A stretch of 64,000 nucleotides of DNA from Blepharisma stoltei ATCC 30299 (GCA_965603825.1 CBFDEM010000017.1:248001-312000); one strand, 5' to 3'. Counted from the stretch's first letter, positions 20,682 through 32,729 are shown. The notes: generated by a model from the letters alone, not told the origin. Numbers and translations are program-made.

Positions 20682-23600
20682 ATGTCTAGTAAGCCCAAAA
20701 AGACCAGCAGTCCAAAAGATGCCACAATTGAAGAAATTTATCAAAAGAAAACTCCATTAGAACACATATTGCTTCGCCCAGACACTTATGTAGGCTCTAT
20801 AGAGCTCCAAGACAGCAAACTGTGGGTATGGGATTCCATTACTAACAAAATGGTATATCGGCAAATTCAGTATGTCCCAGGCTTATACAAAATATTTGAC
20901 GAAATCTTAGTAAATGCACAAGATAACTTTCAGAGAGACAAGAAAATGAATTCCATACAAATCACCATTGACCGCGAAAATGGGATGATAAGTATCTGAA
21001 ATAATGGCAAAGGAATCCCTGTAGTCATTCACCAAGAACACCAAGTTTATGTCCCTGAGCTTATTTTTGGTCAACTTCTGACTTCTAGTAACTATGATGA
21101 CAGTCAGAAAAAAGTTACAGGTGGCAGAAATGGATATGGGGCCAAACTGACTAATGTTTTTTCTAAAACTTTTATAGTTGAAACTGCAGACCCTGAAAAT
21201 AAGCAGATTTTTACTATGGAATGGACTCAAAACATGACTAAAAAGTCCAAGCCGAAGATCACGAAATATAATGGAAAAGGAAGCTATACTCGCGTTACGT
21301 TTTATCCTGACCTACAGAGGTTTGGTATGAATTGCCTAGATAAAGATATAATTGATTTAATGACAAAAAGAGCTTATGATATGGCAGGATGCATAGGGAA
21401 AAAAGTAAAAATATTTATTAATGATTTTGAAATTCCTATTAAATCGTTCGAAGATTATGTTGGGTTATATTTGCAAAATGAAGGAACCCCAAAAATATAT
21501 AGCCAATATGGAAATAGATGGGAAATCGCTGCAACTATAAGTGATGGCACATTTCAGCAGGTTTCTTTTGTTAATGGAATTTGTACATCAAAAGGGGGAA
21601 CTCACGTAAACCATATAACTGATCAATTAATTGATGCAATTTCAGCAGCAATTTCAAAAAAGCATAAAAAAATTGAAGTCAAAAATAACCAAATAAAACA
21701 GCATTTGTGGGTATTTATTAATTGCTTGATCGAAAACCCTTGTTTTGATTCTCAAACTAAAGAAAATATGACACTTAAGCCTTCTAATTTTGGCTCGAAA
21801 TGCGAAATTGATGAGCAATTTTTGAAAAATTTAATAAAATGCGGGATTATTGAAAGCATTGTTGCATCTTCCAATGCAAAAGCTGAAGTCCAGCTTGGGA
21901 AAATAGTAAAATCAAAGAAAAATGAAAAATTATTTATTAATAAATTGGAGGATGCAAATTTAGCTGGAACTAGCCAAGGAAATAAATGCTCATTAATTTT
22001 AACTGAAGGAGATAGTGCTAAAGCCTTAGCTATGGCTGGAATTGAAGTGCTTGGAAGAGACAAATATGGAGTTTTCCCATTAAAAGGGAAATTATTAAAC
22101 GTAAGAGAAGCTTCACACAAGCAGCTTATGGGGAATGAAGAAATACAAAATATTATGAAAATTGTGGGGCTACAGCCTAATAAAGAATATACAGATGTCA
22201 ATGGGCTTCGATATGGGTCAATTATGATAATGGCTGACCAAGATCTAGACGGTTCACACATAAAAGGCTTAATCATCAATTTCATCCATTTCTTCTGGCC
22301 AAGCTTGCTTAAAAAAGACGGCTTTTTAAAAGAATTCATCACTCCTATAGTAAAAGCCACAAATGGGTCTCTAACGGTCTCATTTTTCACAATAAACGAA
22401 TTTTCAGAGTGGCTTAAAGAAGCCAATCATGACGAATGGACCACAAAATACTACAAAGGTCTTGGTACCTCTACAAGTAAAGAAGCCAAAGAATATTTCA
22501 GTAACCTTGGGAAGCACCAAATTGATTTTTCCTGGGAAAATGATACAAGAGAAAGTGACGCCATTGATATGGCTTTTAGTAAAGCTCGAGCAGATGATCG
22601 CAAAAAATGGCTGGCCAATTTAAGCCCAGAAACTTATTTAGATATGAATGTTGAAAAAGTGTCTTATTATGATTTTATACATAAAGAATTGGTACTTTTT
22701 TCTAATTATGATAATATTAGGTCAATTCCAAGCTTAATTGATGGACTTAAACCAGGACAAAGAAAAATCATTTTTGCTTGCTTTAAAAGAAAATTGTCAT
22801 CAGAAATAAAAGTGGCTCAGCTTGCTGGGTATGTGGCTGAACATTCTGCTTACCATCACGGAGAACAGTCATTAGCAGCCACTATTGTAGGACTTTCCCA
22901 AAATTTTGTAGGGTCAAATAATTTGAATTTATTGGTACCAATTGGACAGTTTGGTACAAGAGCAATGGGTGGAAAAGATAATGCGAGCCCGAGATATATT
23001 TTTACAAATTTGTCAGATATAACGAGAAAATTATTTATACAAGATGATGATAATGTAGTGAGTTATCAGAATGAAGAAGGACAAAGAATTGAGCCTTATT
23101 ATTATGTGCCTGTAATTCCTACTGTGTTGGTGAATGGAGCAGAAGGGATTGGAACTGGGTGGAGTACGTTTATAGCTCCACATAATCCTATTGAGATTAT
23201 AAACTCGTATAGAAAAAGAATTGAAGGGTGCAGATTTGAAGAAAATAAGATTTCCCCGTGGTTTAGAGGGTTCACTGGGACTATTGAGAATGTAGGAAAC
23301 TCTTTTGAAATCAGAGGGAAATTCGAAACAATAAATGAAGACTGAATAAGAATTGCTGAGCTGCCGATTGGAAAATGGACAAGCGACTATAAAAGCTTTT
23401 TAGAAAGCTTAATGCAAGAAGAAGATGCTTTTATCACTGAATTTAAAGAATACCATACAGACGACAGAGTAGAGTTTCATGTCTGCATTCCAACATTGAC
23501 TGAGCTTCCTGCTGACCAATTAATGAAAAAACTAAAACTTATCTCCACCCTTAACTTATCAAATTTAGTTTTATTCGACAGAGACAGAAAAATCCACAAA

Positions 23601-24656
23601 TACTCAAACGTCTATGAAATAATGGAAGAGCATTTTAATGTAAGAGCAGACTTTTACCAAAAAAGAAAAGACTATTTAGTAGCAAAATTAACAAAAGAAG
23701 TCAAAATTCTATCAAATAAAGTCAGATTTATTAACGCACTCTCAGATGGAGAAATTTCTGTATATAATAGGATGAAAACTTTAATTGTAGGAGATTTAAA
23801 AAGAAAAGACTTTATGTCAGCAAGCGAGCTGGATAATATTTTTAAAGAATCAAATAACTCTGATTTAGATGAAGATGAAAGAAGTGGGATAAGGAAAAAA
23901 ATACCTTTAGATGAGTATGATTATTTATTAAATCTACCTCTATGATCATTCACGTTTGAAAAGGTACGCCAGCTGAAAGCTGAAGAAGAAGAAAAATCAG
24001 CACTGCTTGAAAAATTAATAAATACCACAATTTTTGAAATGTGAATAAAAGATTTAGATGATCTGCAGCAAACTATTGAAAGTCTATGGAATAAAGAAGA
24101 AAATTCAAGAGAAAACCAAATTGTTAGTAATATAAATAAGAGAAAAAGAGGGAAAAAAGATTCTCCAGAGGCCATTAAGCCGGCTAAAAAACTAGAATTA
24201 AACAGTAATGAAGGAAAAAAAGCTGTGAATAAAGAAAAAATAGTTCAGAAAAAATTGGCAGCATTTATTGAAGATAAGGCAGATATGGATATAGAAGAAA
24301 ACAAAGAAGAAAAATTAGAAAATGCGAAAAATACATTGAAAATTAGTGATAAACTCGAGAAATTTCAGAAAGATGAACCACAACAAAATTCTATTGCTCC
24401 GATAAAAGAAGACTTCACAGGAAATTTTAATGCCCTGAAAGAGCTTCTAAAAAGTGTACCTTTATCGGAGTCTGGAGAAAGCAGTGAAGGTTCCGAATTT
24501 AGTAATCCATTTGGAGGCTCATTAAAAAAGAAAAGACCAAGAGATGAAGAATCAAATTCTAGCAGTTCATTAGGTGATCCAACAAAAACTGCTAAGTTGA
24601 GTAAAAATCGTTCCTCTAAGCCCCAGTCTTCAGCTATTTCCAACGATGAAGACTAA
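20682..24656 (+). CDS. TOP2: DNA topoisomerase II
   Basis: EHILLRPDTYVGS, FDEILVNA, GGRNGYGAK, TEGDSA, PLKGKLLN, ADQDLDGSHIKG, YYKGLGTS, ASPRYIFT (catalytic Tyr); four track ORFs joined by TGA=Trp (e.g. ISI-W-NNGKGIP). Confidence 0.97.
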
Positions 24657-24764
24657 TTGAATTTGCCTAATTTATTTATTTATTTAAGAAAAGCTTTCAA
24701 TAATTTAATAAAAATAAGACATCAAAAAAGTAATTAATTAATATAGATTTAACATATATATAGT

Positions 24765-25925
24765 CTATATTTTTTCAAAATTTAATAGCGATGGAACTAT
24801 TGCGACAATAACAGTTATATCATCTGATATATCTTTTTCATTTTCTATCCATTTCTCATAAGAAAGTGTTGCTAAGGCTTCCACGGCCATTTCAACATTT
24901 CTCCCATAAGAAGCAACTATATCAAGTGCTTCTTGGTCGCTTAAGAATTCTCAAACTCCATCGCTACACAGAATTAAATACTCTGTATTTACATTAATTT
25001 CCATTTCTGCAGTTTGAGGATTTGGAATTACCCCAACTTGTTGAGCTATGACGTCTCCAAGAGCTCTAGATGTAGATAATCCAGGATAGTTTTGGTCTTT
25101 GACAAATACCCTATAAGGGATGTCATTATCCAGCCTTCTTACTTGTCCCTTTTTCGCTTCAATTCTTTTTTTCTCTTCAGGAAGCATCGGTTTATGGTCA
25201 ATTGTTAATCGCAGCGCTTCATATCCATTTTCTCCTTTTATTCCCAAAATTGCACGAGAATCCCCTACATGACCTATATAAAGGCGATTTTTTCGTATAA
25301 TAATGCTGGTTGCGGTAGTCCCAGAAATTAAAGTGTCAAATTCTCCATTTTTGGCTGTCCCAATTTTTTCTAAATTTTGGTTAATTTTTAAATAGCTCTC
25401 GGTAATTGTCCTTAATAGATCAATTTCAAATAATTCATGCTCCATTATCTGTGTAGGTAATTTATGCTTAACATAGCTGGAAACTTCATGACCATCTTGC
25501 CCGTGTCCATCAAAAACCCCGAAATAATAAAAATCCTCATCGATTATAATAGCAAAATCATCTTGATTAGGGTAATTTGGCTTAAGACCTTTTTTGCAGG
25601 CCACTGCAATTCCAGCTTTTTGCATAATTTGGAGGCCAGAATTTCCAATTATGCTCATTTTTTTACCTTCAAAGCCTTTTTGATGTCGAGAACCTATTTT
25701 TCCTTCAACTTTTACAAGTGACTGTGAGGGCTGGTAGCGGCTCTGAGAATTAATCTCTCGTGGAGAAATACCAGCATAATTAGATAAAGGCTCTTCTATG
25801 CTAGAATAATTGTTCATAGGGACAACGGATAGTCTTCGGGGTAAATAGTCATCAATAGAAGCTGAATTTATGCTTTTAGTACTTGGGCTCTTTTCATCCT
25901 TAGATCGAGCGAAACATAATCCCAT
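24765..25925 (-). CDS. Protein phosphatase 2C with lipidation-like N-terminus (MGLCF)
   Basis: NQDD, GVFDGHG, HVGDSRA, SRALGD, LCSDGV(W)EFL, DDITV; TAG at 24765-24767. Confidence 0.92.
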
Positions 25926-26281
25926 TTATATTATTAGCTTAGCAATGAGAAAAATAATTCATGAATTTTTATAAAAATGAAAATGTATTTCTAAATCAGT
26001 TTAGCATTTGGTTAAATATTTTATTTTTTTGCAAAAATTATTAGTTTACTTGCTGAACAATCCAGCTGTCAGCATATACATATTACAATGATATTTATTG
26101 TTTTTTACTGATTTATAGCCCTTAGAACTCATTTTCGCTTAAAATATTTTTTAAGTTAGCAATAAATAATAGGGCATTGTTAAGAAATACTTAAATCAAT
26201 ATCTTGTCTAATTTAATTCTGAGCTAAAATTTATTTCGCAACCGAATCCGACATTAATTCTCAATATAAAACTGCTATAAC

Positions 26282-27610
26282 ATGAATGGACATAACCAAG
26301 CTGTGGAAATTATCCCAAATAAACTATATTGGATTAGTGATAGAGCTCCTCCCAAAAACCAAGCCAAATCTTATTATTTCTGTATTGATAACGATTTAGT
26401 CTACCAGCCTTTCTGCACAGATTTTGGTCCTTTGAATATCGCAATGACATACAAATTTTGTACAGAACTTGAAAGATTAGCCAAAAATCCATCCTATGCT
26501 AACTATAAAATTTATCATTATACTTCTCTAATACCCGGAAAGCGGGCAAATGCAGCTTATTTAATCGGTGCTTTCCAGATTTTAATCCTAGGTAAAACAG
26601 CTGAAGAAGCATGGCAGCCTTTTATATCTCTTCCACCATTTGCAGATTTTCGAGACGCTGGATATGGTGGCTGCACTTATAAATGCACAATTCTGCATTG
26701 CCTTCAAGGCTTAGAGCACGGCGTAAAGCTGGGGTGGTTTAATGTCCGAACATTTAACGTTCACGATTACGAATTCTACGAGAAAGTTGAAAATGGGGAC
26801 TGGAACTGAATAATTCCAGGGAAAATGCTCGCTTTGGCTTGCCCAAATCCTAATCCTACTGATTCAGAAGGGTTTAGAGTATGAACTCCTGAAGACTATG
26901 CGCCATTATTCCGAAGACTAGGAATAACAGCAGTGGTAAGACTTAACAATAAAACTTATGAATCAGACAGATTTACAAGGCTTGGGATAAGGCATTATGA
27001 TTTATATTTCGCTGATGGCTCAGTGCCTAATGATGAACTAATTGATGAATTTTTAAGAATTGCGGAAAGAGAGCCAGGAGGGGTTGCTGTACATTGTAAA
27101 GCTGGACTAGGGAGAACAGGGACTTTGATTGGGATTTATGCTATGAAGCATTATAAATTCCCTGCTGCTCCGTTTATTGGATGGATTAGGCTGTGCAGAC
27201 CTGGAAGCGTTTTGGGCCCACAACAGCAGTTTTTGTGTGATAAAGAAAAAGAATATTTTACTATGGGGGATGAATATAGGGCACAGAACCAGATTGCAGA
27301 TGGGATTTCTAATCTGGAAATAAACGAGCAGCTTCAGATGTCTCCTGAAGAAAGATATATTTCAGAATACGGTGACCATGGGCAGGGGGATAGACTAGTT
27401 AACGCTAAAAAATCAAATCAAAGCACCCCAAATAGCCCTGTTCAAGTAAAAGAAAGTGCCATACAAAGATCTCCAAACCGGACAACATCCTTAGACCCCA
27501 AGTTCCCAGGCAAAAAGACCAAATTCGTGACAAGCCAAGCTGAAAAGGTGATTCCACGCTCTAATACTCCAACGCAAGTAAGAAGTCCAGTTAAAAACCC
27601 TAAACAATAA
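26282..27610 (+). CDS. CDC14: CDC14 dual-specificity phosphatase
   Basis: DFGPLNI, FRDAGYG, ENGDWN(W)IIPGK, VRLNN, VHCKAGLGRTG, RPGSVLGPQQ; TGA at 26807 and 26882 read as Trp. Confidence 0.95.
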
Positions 27611-27626
27611 TATTTTATTTTTTGAT

Positions 27627-28013
27627 TTATTTTCCAGGTTTCTTAAATGCAAAATCCACATTAAGGATATTTCCTAAAAAATTTCTTCCATTCATATCAC
27701 TTATTGCTGCTTGAGCATGGTCTAAGTTTTCATAAGATACAAGAGCGTATGTGCTTGATCCTCCAGTCCTTCTATTAAAATTCAATTGCAAGTCTTTAAT
27801 AGGGCCAAAGTCAGCAAAAGCTTCATAGATATCGTCTTCTTGTGCTTCTGGATGGATCCCAGAGACAAATAAAATCCACCCCTCGACAGCTAAATAAAAA
27901 ATACATTTCAATGGACCTCCTTCTGTATTATCTGATGGCAAAGATACAAAATTTCCTGCCTCACCTGCATATCTTCCATCTTCTTCCATAGGGATTTGTT
28001 TTCTTGTGCTCAT
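27627..28013 (-). CDS. RBM8A: Exon-junction-complex RRM protein Y14
   Basis: GPLKSVEGWILFVSGIH.EAQEDD...FG.IK.L.LN.NRRTG..YALVSY...VDFAF after removing intron 27890-27904. Confidence 0.9.
   Translation of the reverse strand: MSTRKQIPMEEDGRYAGEAGNFVSLPSDNTEGGPLKCIFYLAVEGWILFVSGIHPEAQEDDIYEAFADFGPIKDLQLNFNRRTGGSSTYALVSYENLDHAQAAISDMNGRNFLGNILNVDFAFKKPGK
27890..27904 (-). other. 15-nt in-frame, stop-free intron GTATTTTTTATTTAG
   Basis: Removal converts KCIFYLAVEGW to the conserved Y14 KSVEGW. Confidence 0.85.
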
Positions 28014-28043
28014 TATATTTTTATTAAGATTAATTTGATTAGC

Positions 28044-28559
28044 TTAGTGCAATAGTCCTTTATGCGGAATATAACGAGAGGTAATTGCTGCACCTATAAA
28101 TAAGCCTAAGAACAGCACTGAGCCAAGAGAACTTTTAGGCAAAAATGAGCCTGCCATAAGATACCCGATCATCAGAGTAATAAGGATCCCAGGAGTAAGC
28201 AGCCCCCAAACAGGCCAAAATGCAATGTGAGCACAGATAAAGCAAAGAACACCTATTGCAGTTGCAACTGGGATCAGTCTAGGAGCAGTGACCTCTACTG
28301 GTTCATATGTAGGTAAGAAGAATGAGGCATAAATAATCATTGATGAATAAATTCCAAAGGTTATCAAGGTCAAGGCAAAGAAAAAGCGATTGACCATTTC
28401 ATTTTCCCAGGCTACATAGAAAAAGTTGGTATAGTAAAGAACAGCAACTGCACCAGCAACCCAAGCGAGGGCTTGCAATCTTCCATTTAGATAAGTCAGT
28501 CTCTCAACCCAGAGCTTCTTGCGTGCATCTCTTGCTTCCTTGCAATCTTGAGATTTCAT
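28044..28559 (-). CDS. TMEM128-like multi-pass membrane protein
   Basis: Several TM helices; PRLIPVATAIG and FWPVWGLLTP motifs; first ATG at 28559. Confidence 0.65.
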   Translation of the reverse strand: MKSQDCKEARDARKKLWVERLTYLNGRLQALAWVAGAVAVLYYTNFFYVAWENEMVNRFFFALTLITFGIYSSMIIYASFFLPTYEPVEVTAPRLIPVATAIGVLCFICAHIAFWPVWGLLTPGILITLMIGYLMAGSFLPKSSLGSVLFLGLFIGAAITSRYIPHKGLLH

Positions 28560-28639
28560 TTTATACAACCATTTTAAAACTTGAACTTAGAAATGGTTAG
28601 GCAATTAAGAATATTGTAAAAGATTAGAAAGCTAGTTAT

Positions 28640-29050
28640 TTACTTTGTTTCATTTTTTTTCTGAAAGTCTTTAATCGCAGCCTTAACTGCGTCTTCCGCA
28701 AGCATAGAGCAGTGCAATTTGATAGGTGGTAAATGGAGATATGACGCAATATCAGAATTTTTTAACTGCACGGCTTCATCCAAGCTAAGACCTTTAATAT
28801 ACTCAGTTGCATAGGACGAGCTAGCAATAGCAGAAGCACACCCAAATGTCTTAAAAACTGCCTCAGAGATTTTTCCATCCTCAACTTTTATTTGTAACTT
28901 CATGACGTCTCCACATGCAGGCGCCCCAACAACTCCAGTGCCAACTTCCTTGCTGTTTTTATCTAGAGATCCTGCATTTTTTGGGTTTTCGTAATATTCA
29001 AGGACTTTAGGGTGGTATGCTCTCTTAATTATATTGATAAATTTAATCAT
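28640..29050 (-). CDS. ISCU: Mitochondrial Fe-S cluster scaffold
   Basis: YHPKVLEYYENPKNAG, GAPACGDVMKLQI, FKTFGCASAIASS, LPPIKLHCSMLAEDA. Confidence 0.96.
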   Translation of the reverse strand: MIKFINIIKRAYHPKVLEYYENPKNAGSLDKNSKEVGTGVVGAPACGDVMKLQIKVEDGKISEAVFKTFGCASAIASSSYATEYIKGLSLDEAVQLKNSDIASYLHLPPIKLHCSMLAEDAVKAAIKDFQKKNETK

Positions 29051-29470
29051 TTTTATTACAGCAAATTAGCTTGCAGAAATTTATTGGGTATAAGAAATAA
29101 AAACAATTTTAAAAATAAATAATTAAAATTAATCAAAAATAAAAACTAAAAGAATAAAGCAATATAAAACTTTTTTTTAAGACTCAAAAGGCTATTTCTT
29201 CTATTAAAAATCAAGAAACCTTTTAATTTGGCAGCTTATTTATATTATTTATAGCCACTACAGTCATTACTGAAAATAATTAAGTCATATTTAATTTCTT
29301 AAAACATTATTTCGATTATCTTTTGAGCCAATAACTTAATTAAAATTATTTCATTTTTATTTTTTGCACTTCTAAAATTATGAGTATGAAACAATCGCAT
29401 TTTAAAATAGTTGAGTTAAATACTGATCATAAAGTTTATAATATATTAGTGGCTAATATAAGAATTAAGC

Positions 29471-30337
29471 ATGTCTGACTACTGTAGAATATGCCTTGAA
29501 GAGGATGCACTTGATAACCTTCTAATTCCATGTAATTGTAAAGGAACCCAAAAATTCACTCATAAATCATGTTTGCATCGGTGGCAAGAGACTACATTGA
29601 ACAATTACTTATGCTGCCCGGAGCGTTATGATTTAGAACAAGTTTTAACGTGCCGATTATGCAAAACGAAGTACAACTCAACTTCAGCCAATTTTTCTTG
29701 ACGGCTTTTATATACTTCGTCTCCTTTACTAGCCTTAGCGAGAAAGCACACATGCGTTCTCACTTTCGGAATCAGTTCTTTTATGTGTTTTTCATTTTGA
29801 CTATTTTTCCCAATCCTCTTCAATGTTGCAATTTTTTCTTACGTTGTATTTTGGAAAAAAGGGTATCGATTTAAGTTTATCGGGACAAATGAAGGCATAA
29901 GACTTCGGATTTACAAGATTGGGCTGAAAGTAAATGAGCTTAAATCAGGGACAATTTTAAAGGCCACTAATATGATTCGAGATGGAATGTTTAAAAATTC
30001 GAAAATCCTGATTGTAAAAAATAAAGAAGAAGGAGCTGTAGGATTTATTTTTAACAAATTCATAGGTAATTTATATTCAGATGAGACCGAAAATATAAGG
30101 TGTGGAGGACCTGTAAATCAAAGCTCAGTCCATGTATTGCATGATAACCCAGACGTAGAAGGATGTGAAAAGATCACTGATGGTATTTATATTGGAGGAA
30201 AATTGATCCCAAGACCAGAAAATACAATATGTGCTATTATTAAAGGGTATTCAGCTTGGGATTCACTCCAGCTTGACGGAGAAGTCAGGTCAGGGTTATG
30301 ACAAATTGACAATACTGAATGTGCCTGTTTATGATAA
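29471..30337 (+). CDS. RING-CH (MARCH-type) domain + hydrophobic segment + YqgE/AlgH (UPF0301)-like domain fusion
   Basis: CRIC..PCNCKGT..H..CL.RW..CRLC; hydrophobic LTFGISSFMCFSF(W)LFFPILFNVAIFSYVVFW; then GAVGFIFN, GGPV, GIYIGG, GYSAWDSLQLDGEV..GL(W). One frame via TGA; ends TGA-TAA 30332-30337. Confidence 0.82.
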
Positions 30338-30459
30338 TTTGAGAAGAATTGAGCTTAAATAGTGTAATTCTTTATTTATTTATGATATATAATTAAATAT
30401 TATAGCAGAGAATTTAAGCATTTCTTATATTAGCACAATTTTAATAATCATTATTGAAG

Positions 30460-30910
30460 GCAGAAATTATAGCGAATGTGAAGAAGTTGATTTGAAGATT
30501 GATATTAAAAATAAAGGCTTAAGTTCTGCAGGTGTTGGTGGCGCCACAGGCAAGAATGTAGATGTGGAAAAGCGTGAAATTGAAGAAAATGAGTATAAGA
30601 AATATAATTGGGGTGAATAATGAGTGAAATGTCCTAATATACGTAAAGTGGGAGACTTAGAAGGCTAGATTATGAAGTTATGAGTAAGATGCAAGATCCA
30701 ACTCGAATTTATTGCAGATATTGTGAACTGAAGACTTCTACCTTGGTTTCACTTGAAATGCCAATTTTTGCCATTTTGAAAAGTAGTTTGCTGTGTTGGG
30801 GATTTATAATTGCTGCAGTGAATTAAGTTCATGAGAAAAATATCAGGAAATGCATCATAGATATAAAGGTGCAAAAGAATCATCGGAAAATATGACCCAG
30901 ATCAAATTTA
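30460..30910 (+). pseudogene. Decayed LITAF-domain gene
   Basis: PTRIYCRYC..KTST.VS..MP / LPF(W)KVVCCVGD / CCSELSS(W)EKYQEMHH / RCKRIIGKY lie in different frames with intervening TAA. Confidence 0.6.
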
Positions 30911-30967
30911 ATTTCAGGGTATCTGAAATTTTAAAATTAATTTAATTAGTAAGCATTTTTTATAAAT

Positions 30968-31180
30968 ATGAATAAAAGGATTGCTTCGAAAAATAAACAC
31001 GCCAGAAATCTGCAAAATAATTTACCACAAAGCAAGCTACCGAAAGCAGAGCCGTTAATTTGCCTAGAAAACCCAGGATATTTCAAGGAGGTTCGTGAAG
31101 AAATACAGTCGATATTTTTGCGAGATCCAGTTTTGACACTCCAGGATCTTTTACCATGCAAATTTAAACCAGAATTTTAA
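30968..31180 (+). CDS. Hypothetical small protein
   Basis: 70-aa ATG-TAA ORF with coding-like composition, convergent on the next gene. Confidence 0.4.
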   Translation: MNKRIASKNKHARNLQNNLPQSKLPKAEPLICLENPGYFKEVREEIQSIFLRDPVLTLQDLLPCKFKPEF

Positions 31181-31198
31181 CAGTTTTTGATTAATTAT

Positions 31199-32275
31199 CT
31201 ATTTTAAGTGTTGATTATCATCAGAAATCAAACTTAACCAGCGAGATATTTTTTCCTTTTTATTCGTTATTGATACATTTCCATCATTGCCAATTAAATG
31301 ACAATAAAGGGCTTCTCTAATTTCTTCTCGTCCAGTTTCTCCATCAGACTGAATTGTATCTTCATCAACTCATTCTGCTTGAGGCTTGCTCCTCCATGCG
31401 CTTAAGTTCTTGATAGAAATTCCAGTAAGATTTGACAGTTGGCTCTCAGCCACTCCAGCTTTTATTTTGTCTATTAAAATTTTTTTCACATGGTTATTTC
31501 TCGACAAAGAGTTTATAGGGATTTCTCCTAAATAATCTCTGACAATATTTTGCCAAATATTAAGAGTTTTGGCTATTTCTTTTACGCCCTGTCCTTCTGA
31601 ATGAAGCTTCATAATTTGGTCTCTCATCTTAATTTTGCTGTTTGAGGATGCTGCTCTGCAATTTTTTCAGTTTCCAATTGCCTCTACACAAATTGGACTG
31701 ATATTGTACAATTTTGCAATTACTTTTGAAGAAACTCCTGCTTTGATTAATTCTGCTACTTTTCTTTTAATAGGAGCAATATATTTAACTTCAAATTCCT
31801 CAAGTATTGAATTATCCCGTTTGCGTTTAATAGGGACATTCTCTGTACTAACCTTTGCACCAGTTTTTTTAGCGAAGTATTTTTTAGATTGCGGGGTTTT
31901 GGTTAAGCACTCATAAATTTTTTGGGAAACCGGCGGCTCGTTTTCATCAATAGCTTCTTCTGGGGAATCTGTATCATCAATTTTAATTGTAGGAGGCTCT
32001 TGCTTGTGTTGCTTTTGTTTTCGCTTCAGCTTTTTTGCTTCCTCTTTACGTTTCGGCTGGCATGTTTCAGGTGTTTTAGCTGGGGATTTATCAGCTTGTT
32101 GAGAATTAATAGGCTTTTTATCAATAGCTTTTAGGACATTTTGGTTGAAAATAGCAAGGGCTTCTTGTCTAATTTGAGAAAATAAAGCAGTCACGCGGGT
32201 TTGAGCGTCCTCATGAACGGCCGATATATGCTGAAAGAAATTTTGAAACATATCAATATTTTCTTCGTTAGACAT
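31199..32275 (-). CDS. Protein with three tandem helix-turn-helix units
   Basis: Joined via TGA at 31667 and 31370 to TAG 31199-31201; KVAELIKAGVSSKVIAKLYNIS, IMKLHSEGQGVKEIAKTLNI..NIVRDYL, IDKIKAGVAESQLSNLTGISIKNLSAW. Confidence 0.7.
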
Positions 32276-32312
32276 TTACTTTATAATACCCCCAAAAATC
32301 ATATTTTATTTA

Positions 32313-32729
32313 ATGAACCCTTTGAAAATTCCGGCGCCTAACTCGATTCTTCTTATGGATGAAAGGCTGCAAAAGCTCAAAGAAGAAGTCGCTTTAATTG
32401 AAAAAGAAATCGAGCCCATCACAAAGATCTTACCTCCCCAAGGCACCAAGATTTTTCCAATCCAAAAGCCTCAAATGGAGACTCGATACCAAGGTTTGCC
32501 TACTATAGAGCCTGAACCTCCAAAAAAGATTCAGCTAAGACCACAGATAAACGAAGAATATAAAAGGACTCTTCAATATTGTCCAAATATAATGAGTGGC
32601 TATGATATCAATGTGCAGGAAGCTCAGTTTTTAAGTGAAGTTCAGTCTCTTCCTATTCCTCCTAAGCTCACAATTGAAAGTACTCTATTATTCTCGTTTT
32701 TGGAATCTCAAGCGAAAAAAATTGTCTAG
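32313..32729 (+). CDS. Hypothetical Pro-rich protein
   Basis: 138-aa ATG-TAG ORF. Confidence 0.6.
   Translation: MNPLKIPAPNSILLMDERLQKLKEEVALIEKEIEPITKILPPQGTKIFPIQKPQMETRYQGLPTIEPEPPKKIQLRPQINEEYKRTLQYCPNIMSGYDINVQEAQFLSEVQSLPIPPKLTIESTLLFSFLESQAKKIV

Noticed and set aside
20682-24656. TOP2 and many other genes appear split or pseudogenised in the ORF track
   Set aside because: All breaks are in-frame TGA at Trp positions or tiny introns; the genes are intact.
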